Source: Takakia lepidozioides
Lineage: Eukaryota > Plantae > Bryophyta
DNA length: 64,000 nt
Direction: 5' to 3'
NCBI GenBank assembly: GCA_030704615.1
Contig: CM060733.1
Span: 8,618,001 to 8,682,000 of the forward strand
Below are positions 11,198 to 23,287 of the stretch, piece by piece (the first letter of the stretch is position 1; each line of letters starts with the position of its first letter). A program made the position numbers and the translations under genes. Below the pieces are notes generated by a model. It saw only the letters and a list, made by a program, of their open reading frames with translations. It did no database searches and was not told where the DNA came from.

Positions 11198-12777
11198 CGA
11201 GGGCAGCTCACGTGAGCACGCTCACGCTTAAAGTGGAAAACGTGAGCAGAATCCCTAAAGCGTGAGCAGATTAGTGAATGGGAGCCTACAACCGAGGGAA
11301 GAAGAGGGCCTATTGCCGTGGACAAAAACTACAATGCACGGACGCATGCACACCACATCCGATGGGACAATCCAAGCTCCATGACGACCGTATGGTACGA
11401 ATGTGCGATGAAAAAGCCGACGGATGAATGGTTTCAGGATGAATGAAAAGTGGAAAGGATGAATGGTGGATGACTGTTGGATGAGAAATGAACGAAATGG
11501 ATGAACCATGACTTCGTTTTTGTTTCACGTGGAGCAATTGCATCTCGAGTGTGTCCTGAATTTCAGATTTGTCGGCTGATCCTAGCAGTACTTACTTTGA
11601 GGGAACTTGAAGGAAACTGCTGAAGTTACAAGACAATTACATACAAGAGTAAATTTGAGTTACCTATGGACTCTTCTGATGGGGGTGGGGTTGCAGAGGA
11701 GGGAGGAGGATAGAACATGAGAAGTGGAGGACAAAACAAAATCGCAGAAAAATTCCTCCAAAAACATTGAACCCAAAAAAACTTTGAAGGCGGTGTGTGT
11801 CCAGGTGTCGTCAACGACATCTTAATTCCCACCTCCTGTTGCCACAAACATTTCATGGAAAATCGCAAAAAACCAGAAAATTTGAATCCAACAAAACTAC
11901 AAAGCCGACACCTGTGCAGGTCGCGGCGATTAAGGTGTCGTCAACGACATCTTAAATCCCACCAGCTGCTGCCACATGTCTTTTCAGATTATGGCTCAAA
12001 AATGGAAAAAACAGAAATCCAACAAAACTTTGAAGGCGCGTATGCAGGTCGGGGCAATTAAGGTGTCGTCAATGACATCTTAATTCCCACAACTTGTTGC
12101 GATATGACAGTTCATGGAAAAACCCAAAAAACCAGAAAAAAATGAATCTAGAAAAGCTTTGAAGGCGGTGCGTGTGCAAGGGGGATTAAGGTGTCGTCAA
12201 CGACATCGTAATTCCAACAACCTCAACAGAATTTTCAAGGCGGTGCGTGTGCAGGTTGGGGGGATTAAGGTGTCGTCAACGACATCTTAATTCCCAGCAA
12301 GTTTTCAAAAAAAAAAAAAAAAAAAAAAAAAAAACCGTTTTTTTTTTGTTTTGTTTTTTATACTCTCCCCGAATGTGGCAGATTAAGGTGTCGTCAACGA
12401 CATCTTAATTCCCAGCAAGTTTTCCAAAAATAAATAAATAAAAACCGTTTTTTTTTTTTTTTTTTTTTTTTTCCTCCTCGAATGTGGCAGATTAAGGACA
12501 TCTTAATTCCCAGTATGAGTTGGCACATGACAATTCATGGAAAAACCAAAAACCCCAAAAAAATTCACCCAAAAAATTTCAACCCACAAAAATCTGATGG
12601 CGAACAAGCCTTGGCGGTAAGGTAGGGTGTGTAGGTGCTGGAGATTAAGGTGTCGTCAACGATATCTTAATTCCTAGTACGAATTGGGCATATAACAATT
12701 CATGGAAAAATCAAAAACCCCAAAAAAATTCACCCAAAAAAATCTTATGGTGAACAAGCCTTGGCGGTCAGGCGGCG
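11198..12777. mobile_element. Nested non-autonomous fragment of the same MULE family (end sequence plus palindrome array)
   Basis: Begins with CGTGAGC-rich end and GAAGAGGGCCTATTGCCGTGGACAAAAA (compare 9447-9475), followed by GGATGAATG-rich sequence like 2365-2680. It replaces the middle of transposase copy 2. Confidence 0.55.
11804..12672. repeat. Array of ~8 palindromes TTAAGGTGTCGT-CA-ACGACATCTTAA with variable A/T-rich spacers
   Basis: Copies near 11804, 11930, 12058, 12186, 12265, 12383, 12492 (centre deleted) and 12645; spacing about 80-155 bp. Confidence 0.9.
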
Positions 12778-14260
12778 TGTGCGCTCCCTATTTTCCATTG
12801 GGACCTTAGGATCCCCCAAACCAAACACGCGCCGCACTGCATTGAAATTTGTCTGTGCACTATCAGTCATGAAGCCCGCAAAATTTGTGTTTTGCATTCC
12901 ATTGCGCTACATGACGGCCAGGAGCAAATTCCACATGAGCATCTGGGATTCAGTGTCCTCCGACTGCATATCACAAATTGTTATGGAGAGCACACGCTGG
13001 TACGCAGGATCGTACACATGGCACGCCATGGTTGTCCAACCCTTCACCCGTTTGCAGTAATCAAACATTAACCAACATTTAGCCAAATCTCCTCCAGGTT
13101 GCATTCGGCGGACTATGCTCACACCACTGCTTTCGCCCACTGTGGACATCTTGAACAAATACACCTTGGACGAGCCTGGCCAGGGAAGATACTGTTTTGA
13201 ATGAATTTATAGCGACTCCGTTTGAGGTCCATAATGTTGTCTATGAATCCAACACTGCCTGTGCCCATTCTGAGTGCACTCACCTGGTTTCGAATATTGG
13301 GAGAGCTCAACACGGAGAAATGGTCCATCACTGCATCAAGCGAATCTGCATCCAGCATTGGTTGTGTCGCATCCCCTTCACCCAATATGTGTTTTTCCAT
13401 GAATGCCTTGCTAGCTGCAAGCGCTATAGCAGAAGGTGTTGCACAAGGGGCATTGTGGAACTCCTGCTTCAGCAAATTTCTAGCGATGTCCACACTATCC
13501 CTGCAACTTCCTTTTGACACAGGATGCTCGTGTGTACCCATATGAATGCAGGCACGAGTCATTGTCTTGCATCGGTGTGCCACCTGGTACATACGAGTGT
13601 GACACACAGAAACACAGGACGGGGAAAGTTTGCAGAACCTACACACAAATGTATTGGTCTTGGGAGAGGCAAGCCATGGGGTGAAAGGATTCAGGGGCAC
13701 ACCTTCCCACTCACTTTCGTTTGGTTTAGCGTTGTTTCTCAGGCGAGGGCAAGAAATATTCACTCACTTGCAATGCCCAACGCAAACCAACCTTCGAAAT
13801 TTCAATCCAATGTCGTTGTGGATGTTCGATATTTTTGTCCTGCACCAAGGGTGTCCGTCATGTTTCTTGTCCATGCCCTGGAGAAGCCCAGCTAGTCCAC
13901 TAGAAGACGTGGGAGGGTTGAGCTCAAACAAGATGTCCCCATCAAACTCTGCTGGCACATATTGAACCCGCTGCACCCGAAGGGACTCCCAATCAACAAA
14001 ACGCAACTCGCCCTTGCACCCAAACACCCCTGCGAGGGCTTTTAATTTCGGAATGACACTCGTTATCTCCTGCAATTCGTCATCATCCAAGAATGGAGTC
14101 TGCACTGGCGGAGGAATTTCAGAAACATCCTCCGAGGACGAGTCTGTAAGAGTCACGAATGTAGTGGATGTGCTCACCTCTTGTTTCACATGAACTGTGT
14201 CATTCTGCTGCACGACCGATGCTGCAGTGCCAGGGGTAACTACTGATCCTGCTGATTGTC
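12778..14260 (-). pseudogene. MULE transposase N-terminal part with GCM/WRKY-like C..C/HxH DNA-binding region and first two catalytic Asp; frameshifted
   Basis: DGHPWC...CVGH, FVCRFC...C...CIHMGTHEHPV, WLMFDYCKRVKGWTTMACHVYDP, and GFMTDSAQTNFNAVR...RERT. Broken into ORFs 13764..14360, 13119..13763 and 12907..13164. Confidence 0.8.
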
Positions 14261-14379
14261 TTCTCTCTTTTCCAAGGACCCGATATGTGCTTGGAAGGAC
14301 TCTCCACTTCATTCCACACTCGCCAACCAATGGTCTATCCGGACGTGTGGGTACGTGCATGTGATCAGCGTGCAGAGTT

Positions 14380-14760
14380 GTTCAAGAAAGTCATACCCAT
14401 GGCTTTTGAGAATCTTGTCATTTGCACAACACCGTGATACGTTGAGGTATGCCATTATACGTGGTGGAGGATATCATCCTGGGGTTCAGAGGTTAGCCCT
14501 GGTGACTATGTTTATTTGCAGCAGACTGCTCTCATGACCCTGGATGTGACTGCATGGCGTGTTATTCTGAGGGTTCGAGAGGTGTTGCCCTCATGAGTCT
14601 TAATCTTGGAGGGTCGAGATGACATGACTTGGAAGGATCATGTGCGTAATTGTGCGTCATGTCACCTTCGCAATGTCGATGGCAGGTTGGCACATGGGAT
14701 GCTTGACACCACCTCTTGAGAAGGTTCCTGATAAAGATTGGTTATGTCCACACTGCTTGG
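14380..14760 (+). mobile_element. Ty3/gypsy integrase C-terminal region with partial PHD finger (decayed)
   Basis: AQHRDTLRYA..RGGGY, PGDYVYLQ, HVRNCASCH, then GWHMGCLTPPLEKVPDKDWLCPHC (PHD second half). Contains stops and frameshifts. Confidence 0.7.
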
Positions 14761-15025
14761 GATAGTGGCAGTGGATATGACCAGTGGCAGCTAACAAGAC
14801 ATAGGCGGCCAAGCTCATAGGAGTCAATACACGAGATCACAGGCTCAACTTCACAAGTTGCAAGACGGCGACTAACGATGGGACAACTCTTGCACCCGAC
14901 CTCTTGATCTATCGAGTTTGAGTGTAGTATGGACAGTGGTGGAGGACCTAGTGAGGCTACGGTCACCATCGCATCTTGTGGCTACCTGGACTTAGAGGGA
15001 CCTAAGCACCAGCTAGGAGGGCGAT

Positions 15026-15384
15026 TGTGTGGACTAGTGACTGCCATAGTGGGCAGCATAGTGGCAGCCTAGTGGTTGGACTAGTGGTGGACTAGTGGTA
15101 TACTAGTGTGTGGTGTGCACATGTGTTGTGTGGTTTTGGACAGCGATGTTGGGGTTGTTGTTTTATACTTTTTCCACGGCTTCCTTGAATCATGCCCATC
15201 AACCCTCCATAGACTAGGCTTAATGGATTAGCCTAGTTCTCCCCCCTAGGCAAGATGTCTCGACAATGCCTCTATCGCTTGTGGATCCCATCAACCCTCC
15301 GTAGACTAGGCTTAATGGATAATCCTAGTTCTAGTCTCCGCCTAGGCAAGATGTCTCCACAATGTCTCTATCCCTTGCGGGACA
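15026..15384 (+). mobile_element. Probable 3' LTR of the gypsy remnant
   Basis: Purine tract AGGAGGGCGAT, then TG...GGGACA. Contains a ~92 bp direct repeat (about 15195-15375). Confidence 0.45.
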
Positions 15385-16056
15385 AAGCCAAATAAACAGG
15401 TTATCCTATAGGCTTGGATTTCCCTCACGTTGTGCTCATACGATACCAGACCCTAATTTATAATAGGCGCAAAAGTAGGCAGTGAGACTGCAGGTCATAG
15501 TTAAGGTATCACCAATGGATAATTTCGCATGCCGAAACTATGACCCCTGAAACTACTTTTACATTTTGAAATATACTTTCTCAGGGAAAAACTGAAAAAA
15601 TATGGGGTTTATGCTCCAGATTTCAAAATATATCAAAACATATATCCTAAGCCATATTCTCTCTCATGATACTTAATATGAATATCAAAATATGTATATT
15701 CTGCTAAGACTACCTAGATTGAAAGCCTAATTTTGGATGTTGGGATTCTCGTATAGAAAGTTTGGTTTGAATCTATGTCACTAGCAAGGGTTTCTGATCA
15801 ATGCGGTACCCACCGCTGCTTAGATTTGTGGCTATATCACCAAATGTTTCTCAATGCGAAACCCGTTGCCACCATCGCTATAGGTTTAGGGTTGTTGGCT
15901 ATACTACTCAAGGTTTCACCCGCGAAACCCTGGTTGAATTAGAGTTTATATATGGTGTCATTTGTTTTTCGTTAAAGGTGAACCACAAAAGTTTAAATTT
16001 AAAATGATTCTTTAAGTATTTAATATGTTCTGGTTTGCAAGTGATTATTTGGAGTG

Positions 16057-16261
16057 TTTTTTTTTTTTTTCCCCACACCTGGCAGCTCACAAATCAGGCC
16101 CCTTTGTAGTGAGAGGAGAAAATAACCTCTTTCATTTATGCGCCATGGAGGCGAATGAGTGGGACACCGCCCAGGAACCATACCACACCCGTCAGTAGCA
16201 AGATTTGACCCCAGAATCATCTAGGTGGCACTCAGTGCATTTAACCAACTGAGCTACTGAC
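16057..16261 (-). mobile_element. tRNA-derived SINE
   Basis: Minus strand GTCAGTAGCTCAGTTGG (A box)...GGGTCAAATCT (degenerate B box), a ~120 bp body, then a 14-nt poly(A). Imperfect flanking repeat AATACACCAA / AAACACTCCAA. Confidence 0.65.
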
Positions 16262-18807
16262 TGTTGGTGTATTCTCTGTTTATAAACGTGTAGATAGGTT
16301 TTTAGAAAAATAAAAATAAAAATAAAAAATATAGATAGGCCAAGTAGTTTATTGAATTGGTGCAATTGCACCCTATAAACTCCTCTATACTCACTTATGA
16401 TTTGTTTTTCGTTCTGAAAACATATAACTCCTATGACCGGTGTTAAAAAACATAAACCCCCATGACCGTGGGTTGTGCTCACGTGAGCATGCTCACGCTC
16501 TACTCACACAATACCAAACACTCCCCCCCTTACGTAGTTTTGAAAACCATCAAAGATTCCCCAAAGACCTGTCGGTTATTTCATGAAAACAACCGATTCT
16601 TTGAGATTCTTACAATAGAATTGGTACCGGTGGTTCTTTCCACAAAAAATATATATGAAAAACCCGAAACCGAAGGTTCTTTGATTCTCACGTTTTGTAA
16701 AAAATGGAACGAGAGATTATGAAAGGAATCAAATAATCTCCCAACACAGGTTATTTTATCTTCTAATCTTATCGTTTTTTTTCTTCTTCTATTTTTTATG
16801 TTTTTGTTTTCTTTACAAACCAGGGGACAAAGGCCCTTGAAATTATATTGAGAGAAGTGGAAAAAATAACCACTGGGGGGCGTGAAGGCTGCTTACAGCG
16901 GGGATACCACCAAGTGACCGAAAACCAATGAACAGAAGTGAATGGTTTTGCTAAGAAGCAGAGCTGCAGAGTACGCAAGCGGCCAAAGTGCTGCCAGGGT
17001 GCCAGAGCAAGCAAGTAGTAAAGTAAATACCTTAAGCTGCACTACCAAGTAAGGAGGGAATATGAGGAATAAAGGAGATATGTTGAGAGGCAAAAAGTGG
17101 AAATGAGCACTATCAGAAATATATCCATGTCCGCCATCTACGAAATGCAGGGACACTAAAACTATAGCTATAACTCTAACTGTGACCCAGAGTGCCATGC
17201 CTAGCAGTGCCAAAAAGAAGGGCATTAACGGCAAAATGAGGCGCGCGGTTTTTTAGGTTGCCTTCCCACGTCCCCAGCAGCACCGCGAGGCTCCTTAAGC
17301 CCCCATCCCCACGACATCTGCGTCACCTTGGCTGACCCTGATAGACGCACACTATCTTGGACCAACGGTAAGGTTGCCTCTTGGGAAGAGCACACATGGC
17401 AGTCTGTCCTCGTCTCTGTCTGGGGCTCGCTTCTGCCTGGGGAAGAGCGCAGGTTGCTGTTGGGGCAAAACAGCAACCTTGCTGTTGGGGCAAATGGCAA
17501 GTTGGCCGTCTGCTAGCATTATTGCCTCAGCAAAAGACACGGCCGGTTTTGCGCTTGTTTCGTGAGGATCTGCTGGTCATGTCCTAAAGGGGCCTAATTT
17601 GTGTGCTCCCTGGTTTTTCCCTTTTTAACAGAATACAAAAAAAGTGAAATTTTCTGAAACTGAACTTACTAGGATAACCTAGTATCACAGCCCAACTTGT
17701 GTGTGGAAACTTCAAACTGTCAATGTCATGTTCCATTTGATAACAACCAACCACCCATTTCTGGACTGGGTCTCCCGGGTTTTTTCTAACCCAAGAAGGC
17801 ATTAGCCAAAGGTGCAAGATAGGTACTTCTGCATGTGTTGGCTTGCACGCAAGCATCATACTCGGCCCCAGAAAGGGACTCGAAGTCTGAGAGGAAGACT
17901 AAGCTTACTAACAGTCGCTTCTGGAACCCACCATGCACCATCAGACCTCACCTTCATGTAATCTTTGACCACCCACCCCAACCATCCCCGCCCATGAAGA
18001 GGTTTTGAAGAAGGCTCGCTGCATGGAATCCTTGCGTGATGTGGGTGCCCCTCAATAAATCTACTAAACAATGGCCCCGGACGCTACAAATCGATAATAG
18101 CAAGGAGCCTTCAAACTGCTTTCCTCGTTGCTGTAGGGGATCTGATGGCATCACTTGCTTGTCTCTTTGTGACCCCCATGCCGCATATTCAATACGCTCC
18201 CGAAACCTAGCTCCCAGGCTCTGGAACCAACACGGTATAGGTTATTGTATACCAGCTTATCAACATGAAAAGCATTTCAAAAGTTAGGTAGCAGCCGTTT
18301 GTTTAGCCAGTGTCCTTCCTGAATGACTAGATCTTGAAGAAGCAGCCTTCGAGTATCTAAGATTAGCATCTAGCATTAGTACTGTTTATGCGGAGAGATT
18401 GGCGCAGACTGACCTCACTGGCAGGCACTTCATGCGCAACTTGCCTTGCAAAGTCCCCGGGCCCCACAGTGTAGATCTGTTTTATGTTATGCAACTCCTG
18501 ACATGCCCAGGTGCCAGGCCAGGGAGACAGGGAGAGATGCTGATGCCTTTTCGAGATGTTGTTTGAGGGGTGGTGGTGGGGTCCTGAAAGTCGGAAGAAC
18601 AAGAAAGAGGGGAGAAGGAAGGAGAGAGGGAAGGTTGCATGGATCTCTGGTTTGATCCGGAGCAAATGCAGAGTCGTGGAAGTAAGTGGGTTACCAGTCA
18701 TGAGAAAGGATGTGGTGGGGTGGTGAACTGTGAGCGTACTTAAGGGAAGGGTGGAGAGGGGGGATAGGGAGAAAGAGAGGTGAGTGAGGGCGTTACAGAA
18801 GGTTAAG

Positions 18808-21800
18808 ATGACAGACACCACCGATGACATCGCTGAGGAGATTTCGTTCCAGGCATTTGATGATGACTGCCATCTTCTGGGAAATTTGTTGAACGATTGC
18901 CTGCAGCGGGAGGTGGGAACAAAGTTTACAGACAAAGTAGACCGTGTGCGGCTCTTGGCTCAGAGTGCGTGCAATATGCGCATGGCAGGGGTCGACGAGG
19001 CTGCAGAGTGGCTTTCCAGGCAGCTTGAGAAGGAGCTTTCCAGTATGGATTTAGAAGAGGCAGTACCCCTTGCCCGCGCGTTCAGCCATTACCTCAATCT
19101 CATGGGAATTGCTGAAACGCACCACCGCGTTCGCAGGACCAAGGTACCAGGCCATGTATCCAAGTCTTGTGATGATGTTTTGAACAAGCTCATTCAGAGT
19201 GGCTACTCTCAAGACGAGGTTTACAACGCTGTCTGCGAGCAGGAGGTGGAGATTGTCTTGACTGCACATCCTACTCAGATCAACCGTCGGACTTTGCAGT
19301 ACAAGCACCTGCGCATAGCACATCTGTTGGAGAGAAATGACCGAACCGATTTGACTCATGAAGACAAGGACCTTCTGATTGAAGACTTGGTGCGCGAGAT
19401 TACCTCATTGTGGCAAACTGATGAGATCAGACGACGGAAGCCTACTCCTGTTGATGAGGCTCGTGGAGGTCTGCACATTGTGGAACAAACCCTGTGGAAG
19501 GCTGTTCCTCAGTATTTGCGCCGGGTCAGCAATGCGCTGAAGCGGCATACAGGAAAGCCACTGCCACTGACCAGCACTCCCATCAAGTTTGGTTCATGGA
19601 TCGGTGGAGACAGAGATGGCAATCCTAATGTCACTGCGAAGGTGACGCGAGATGTTTGCTTTCTGGCAAGGTGGATCGCTGCGGACCTGTATCTGCGGGA
19701 AATAGATGGTCTCCGTTTCGAGTTATCCATGATGAACTGTAGCCAAAAGCTGGCTGATTATGCCTACAGCATCATATCCAAAGAGCACGACCATGAGGAG
19801 CATCACCATATAAGCTGGAAGCCAAGAGAAAGAGAGCATTCTGATTATCATGGCCTTAAGAATCTCCCTGTGGGTGCTGACATGCCTACTTGCACGGCCA
19901 CAGATGGAGAATCACAAATGCCCATATTGGAACTTCCTGTGAAAGATGACATCGATATGCAATCCACATTCCAGATACCATCCAGTGTGAACACTGCACC
20001 CAGCTCGGCAATACACTCAAAAGAAGGCTCCCCCACAGCTGTTAAAGCAGAGCATGGCCATGGTGGTTTCAATCTGAAAGAGATGGCAGACGCCACACAG
20101 ACCGATGGAGTTCCTACGACCCCCACGCAGGCATCGACGCTGGCAGCCGCCGCTGCTGTTGTGGGCGGTTTGAGCCAGTCTGGATCTTTCAGGAAGAAGA
20201 CATTTTCAGAATCGAACCTCAACAAGTCGAGCATGGATAAGCTCTTGAATCCCAGCATGATTGGCCGCCCTGACATTGCCCCCTACAGAGTTGTGCTGGG
20301 TCATGTCAGACAAAAGCTGGTGAATACAAGACGCCGAATGGAGGAACTGCTGGATGGGTCCCCTTGTGATTATGATCCCAATGACTACTACGAAACTACT
20401 GAACAGCTCATGGAGCCACTCATGCTCTGCCATGAATCCATGGAGGGCAGCTCAGAGATACTAGCAGATGGGCGTCTCACCGATTTGATTCGCCGGGTGG
20501 CCACCTTTGGCATGACACTGATGAAGCTTGATGTCCGACAGGAGGCTGACAGGCACACAGAGGCATTGGATGCCATCACTGAATGGCTGGAGATTGGGAC
20601 CTACAGTCAGTGGGACGAGGATAAGAAGCTGAAGTTCCTCACTACTGAACTCAAGGGGAGAAGGCCTCTAGTTCCACCTACGATTGAGGTGAAGCCTGAA
20701 GTAAGGGAAGTATTGAACACTTTCAGGGTGACTGCCGAGCTTGGCACAAACTCGCTTGGTGCTTATGTGATTTCTATGGCTGCAGAGGCTAGTGATGTCC
20801 TGGCTGTGGAGCTGCTGCAAAAGGAGGCACGCCTGGTTGTGGGTGGGGAGCTGGGAAAATCCTGCCCTGGTCAATCGCTTCGTGTGGTTCCATTGTTTGA
20901 GACTGTGAAAGATTTGAGGGACGCAGGTACTGTGATACGCAAGTTGCTGAAAATCGATTGGTACCTCGAGCACCTCATCAACAACCACCAAGCCCACCAA
21001 GAGGTGATGCTGGGCTACTCAGATTCAGGCAAGGATGCTGGGCGCTTCACTGCAGCCTGGGAACTCTACAAGGCACAGGAAGATGTTGTGGCTGCTTGCA
21101 AGGAGTTTGGCATCAAGGTTACCCTGTTCCATGGCCGAGGAGGCAGTGTTGGCCGTGGGGGTGGACCCATGTACCTTGCCATCCAGTCACAACCTCCTGG
21201 CTCTGTAATGGGAACCTTGCGTGTCACAGAGCAGGGAGAGATGATCCAAGCAAAATTTGGGCTTTCTCAAACAGCAGTCCGCCAGCTAGAGATTTACACC
21301 ACTGCCGTGCTGCTGGCAACACTGCACCCGCCTGACCCTCCAAGGTCGGCAAGCTGGCGCAACGTAATGGAAGAGATCTCAGACACAAGCTGCAAGCACT
21401 ACCGCAGCATTGTGTTCCAGAATGATGACTTTGTGGAATATTTCCATGAGGCAACACCAGAGGCAGAGCTTGGGAACCTCAATATTGGCAGCCGGCCAAC
21501 CCGTCGGAAGAAGACAGGTGGCATATCCCAGCTGCGTGCCATTCCTTGGATCTTTGCCTGGACCCAGACACGCTTTGTATTACCTGCCTGGCTGGGCGTT
21601 GGCACCGGCCTGGAAGCTGCATTTGCCCGTGGGCACAAGGAGGAGTTACAGGCTATGTACAGAGAGTGGCCCTTTTTCCAGTCAACTATCGACTTAATAG
21701 AGATGGTGCTTGCCAAGGCTGATATGCCGATTGCAAAGCACTATGATGAAGTGTTGGTGTCTCCTTGCCGCCAGCAGCTGGGCAATGAGCTGCGGGAAGC

Positions 21801-22035
21801 CTTCCACACAACTGAGAGAACTGTGCTGGATGTAAGTGGGCACCAGAAGCTCTCTGAGAACAACAAGACTCTTCGACGGTTGATCGAGAGCCGGCTGGCC
21901 TATCTTGATCCTATCAACATGCTCCAAGTGGAGATTCTTCGTCGACTGCGGCAGGATGTTTCGAATCCCAAGCTCAGAGATGCACTACTCATCACAATCA
22001 ATGGCATTGCTGCTGGCATGCGCAACACAGGCTAA
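18808..22035 (+). CDS. PPC4: Bacterial-type phosphoenolpyruvate carboxylase (BTPC, PPC4-like), intronless
   Basis: Starts MTDTTDDIAEEISFQ; contains VLTAHPT, QEVMLGYSDSGKDAG, FHGRGGSVGRGG and LRAIPW; ends RNTG (bacterial type). Has a long disordered insert and no N-terminal SIDAQ phospho-site. One uninterrupted ORF. Confidence 0.95.
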   Translation: MTDTTDDIAEEISFQAFDDDCHLLGNLLNDCLQREVGTKFTDKVDRVRLLAQSACNMRMAGVDEAAEWLSRQLEKELSSMDLEEAVPLARAFSHYLNLMGIAETHHRVRRTKVPGHVSKSCDDVLNKLIQSGYSQDEVYNAVCEQEVEIVLTAHPTQINRRTLQYKHLRIAHLLERNDRTDLTHEDKDLLIEDLVREITSLWQTDEIRRRKPTPVDEARGGLHIVEQTLWKAVPQYLRRVSNALKRHTGKPLPLTSTPIKFGSWIGGDRDGNPNVTAKVTRDVCFLARWIAADLYLREIDGLRFELSMMNCSQKLADYAYSIISKEHDHEEHHHISWKPREREHSDYHGLKNLPVGADMPTCTATDGESQMPILELPVKDDIDMQSTFQIPSSVNTAPSSAIHSKEGSPTAVKAEHGHGGFNLKEMADATQTDGVPTTPTQASTLAAAAAVVGGLSQSGSFRKKTFSESNLNKSSMDKLLNPSMIGRPDIAPYRVVLGHVRQKLVNTRRRMEELLDGSPCDYDPNDYYETTEQLMEPLMLCHESMEGSSEILADGRLTDLIRRVATFGMTLMKLDVRQEADRHTEALDAITEWLEIGTYSQWDEDKKLKFLTTELKGRRPLVPPTIEVKPEVREVLNTFRVTAELGTNSLGAYVISMAAEASDVLAVELLQKEARLVVGGELGKSCPGQSLRVVPLFETVKDLRDAGTVIRKLLKIDWYLEHLINNHQAHQEVMLGYSDSGKDAGRFTAAWELYKAQEDVVAACKEFGIKVTLFHGRGGSVGRGGGPMYLAIQSQPPGSVMGTLRVTEQGEMIQAKFGLSQTAVRQLEIYTTAVLLATLHPPDPPRSASWRNVMEEISDTSCKHYRSIVFQNDDFVEYFHEATPEAELGNLNIGSRPTRRKKTGGISQLRAIPWIFAWTQTRFVLPAWLGVGTGLEAAFARGHKEELQAMYREWPFFQSTIDLIEMVLAKADMPIAKHYDEVLVSPCRQQLGNELREAFHTTERTVLDVSGHQKLSENNKTLRRLIESRLAYLDPINMLQVEILRRLRQDVSNPKLRDALLITINGIAAGMRNTG

Positions 22036-23287
22036 TGCTTGCGAGGTTTTGGAAACTGCACTGACACAAATAGATGCTTGCAAACTCTTATCTGTAAACT
22101 CTATACTTACCGATCACATCGAAGGATTGTGGGCGGTAAGTATAAACTCTTGGCCTGGAACAAAAGACGATCTGGGCCTCTAGGACAATGTACAGTCTTT
22201 GAACATATGATAACTACAATAGTTTGCAATATATGATGATTTCATTGTTTTGAGCAACATGATTGGTCTCCGGGGAAAACCTGTGGATTGGTGCACGCTA
22301 GCAAGGGTGTATGTGCCTTTGCTTCCCTGTTGCGGACGAGTCCACCCACCTTATGTCCTTCCTCCTAAGAAAACTAAGATCCAAAACACACTGGCATCAA
22401 TTACTCACTTAAAGTCTTTATAACATACTGCAATATTGGCAGTCCCACAACCATTACTCTTCATGTAATTTACTGTGGCAAGAAAAGTCTTTTGCAGAAC
22501 ATTACATGAAGCCCAGTAATGTCAATGCCCTTATGGAAGTGTGGTGACATTCACAGTTCACAAAAAACGAATTGACTTGATTAATTGTAATTGACTTTGG
22601 CTCCAACTTCACCAAAAAGCAAACACAAATCAAACACAACAGCTTGGCTGCCCAGACAGGAGACTGTGTCCTCAGAAAACAAATCATTAAAATCTCCATG
22701 GTTTGCTTGGAAACACTTGGAAATGGAAACAGGTACAAAGTACCAACTTGTTGGCCCTCTAAATGGGAGGGTTCCAACTTTTTTGAGGCTAACATGTGTA
22801 GCAATGACTTGATCGACCTTATGCTGCCTACTACGCATCAACTTCTGGGGTTTCCTGCTCTGTCGGTTACGATCCTATATTCACTTACTACCTTGGTCAT
22901 GTACAACCGTTCAAAAGAAAAGTTGACTCGTATCCTGCTACAAATGACTCCTCCCTTCGCCATCTTTACTCCAACCTAAAGAGCTAAGGCTAGACGCAGA
23001 ATTCTAGAGGAATGATGCCCGCAGCAACCATAGCTCAATAGTCCCCTCCTGTATGAGGTCACCACCAAACTTCTCAGTGTGGAATGGGAAAAACATCGCC
23101 TCCCTTACAAGCTAGGAACCAATTTCGAGAGGTAATGCCCACACAGAAGCAGGGTGGACATGTTCCGGTCTGTATCCAGGACTACTACAGCCTTTTATGT
23201 TGGAAGTTTCACTGGCAAGGCTTTGGCCACTTGACTCTGTCAGCTTACTTCTGCAAACATTTTATACATGACAGCATACATTTGATT

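Larger units (their letters stand above)
9330..14260 (-). mobile_element. MULE copy 2 (same family, inverted), fragmented
   Basis: End at ~9330-9470 (CTATGGCGTGAGCGC...CCTATTACCGTGGA) mirrors the right end of copy 1. Transposase pieces are homologous to 6232-8276. Confidence 0.75.

Noticed and set aside
11804-12672. CRISPR-like array of palindromic repeats
   Set aside because: Spacers are long, uneven and similar to each other (tandem duplication); there are no cas genes and the context is a eukaryotic transposon.
16190-16261. Functional tRNA gene
   Set aside because: B box and anticodon arm are degenerate, and it is followed by a body and poly(A), so it is treated as a SINE head.
18808-22035. 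Recent horizontal transfer or bacterial contamination
   Set aside because: The plant BTPC N-terminus and disordered insert are present, and the gene is contiguous with intron-rich plant genes.
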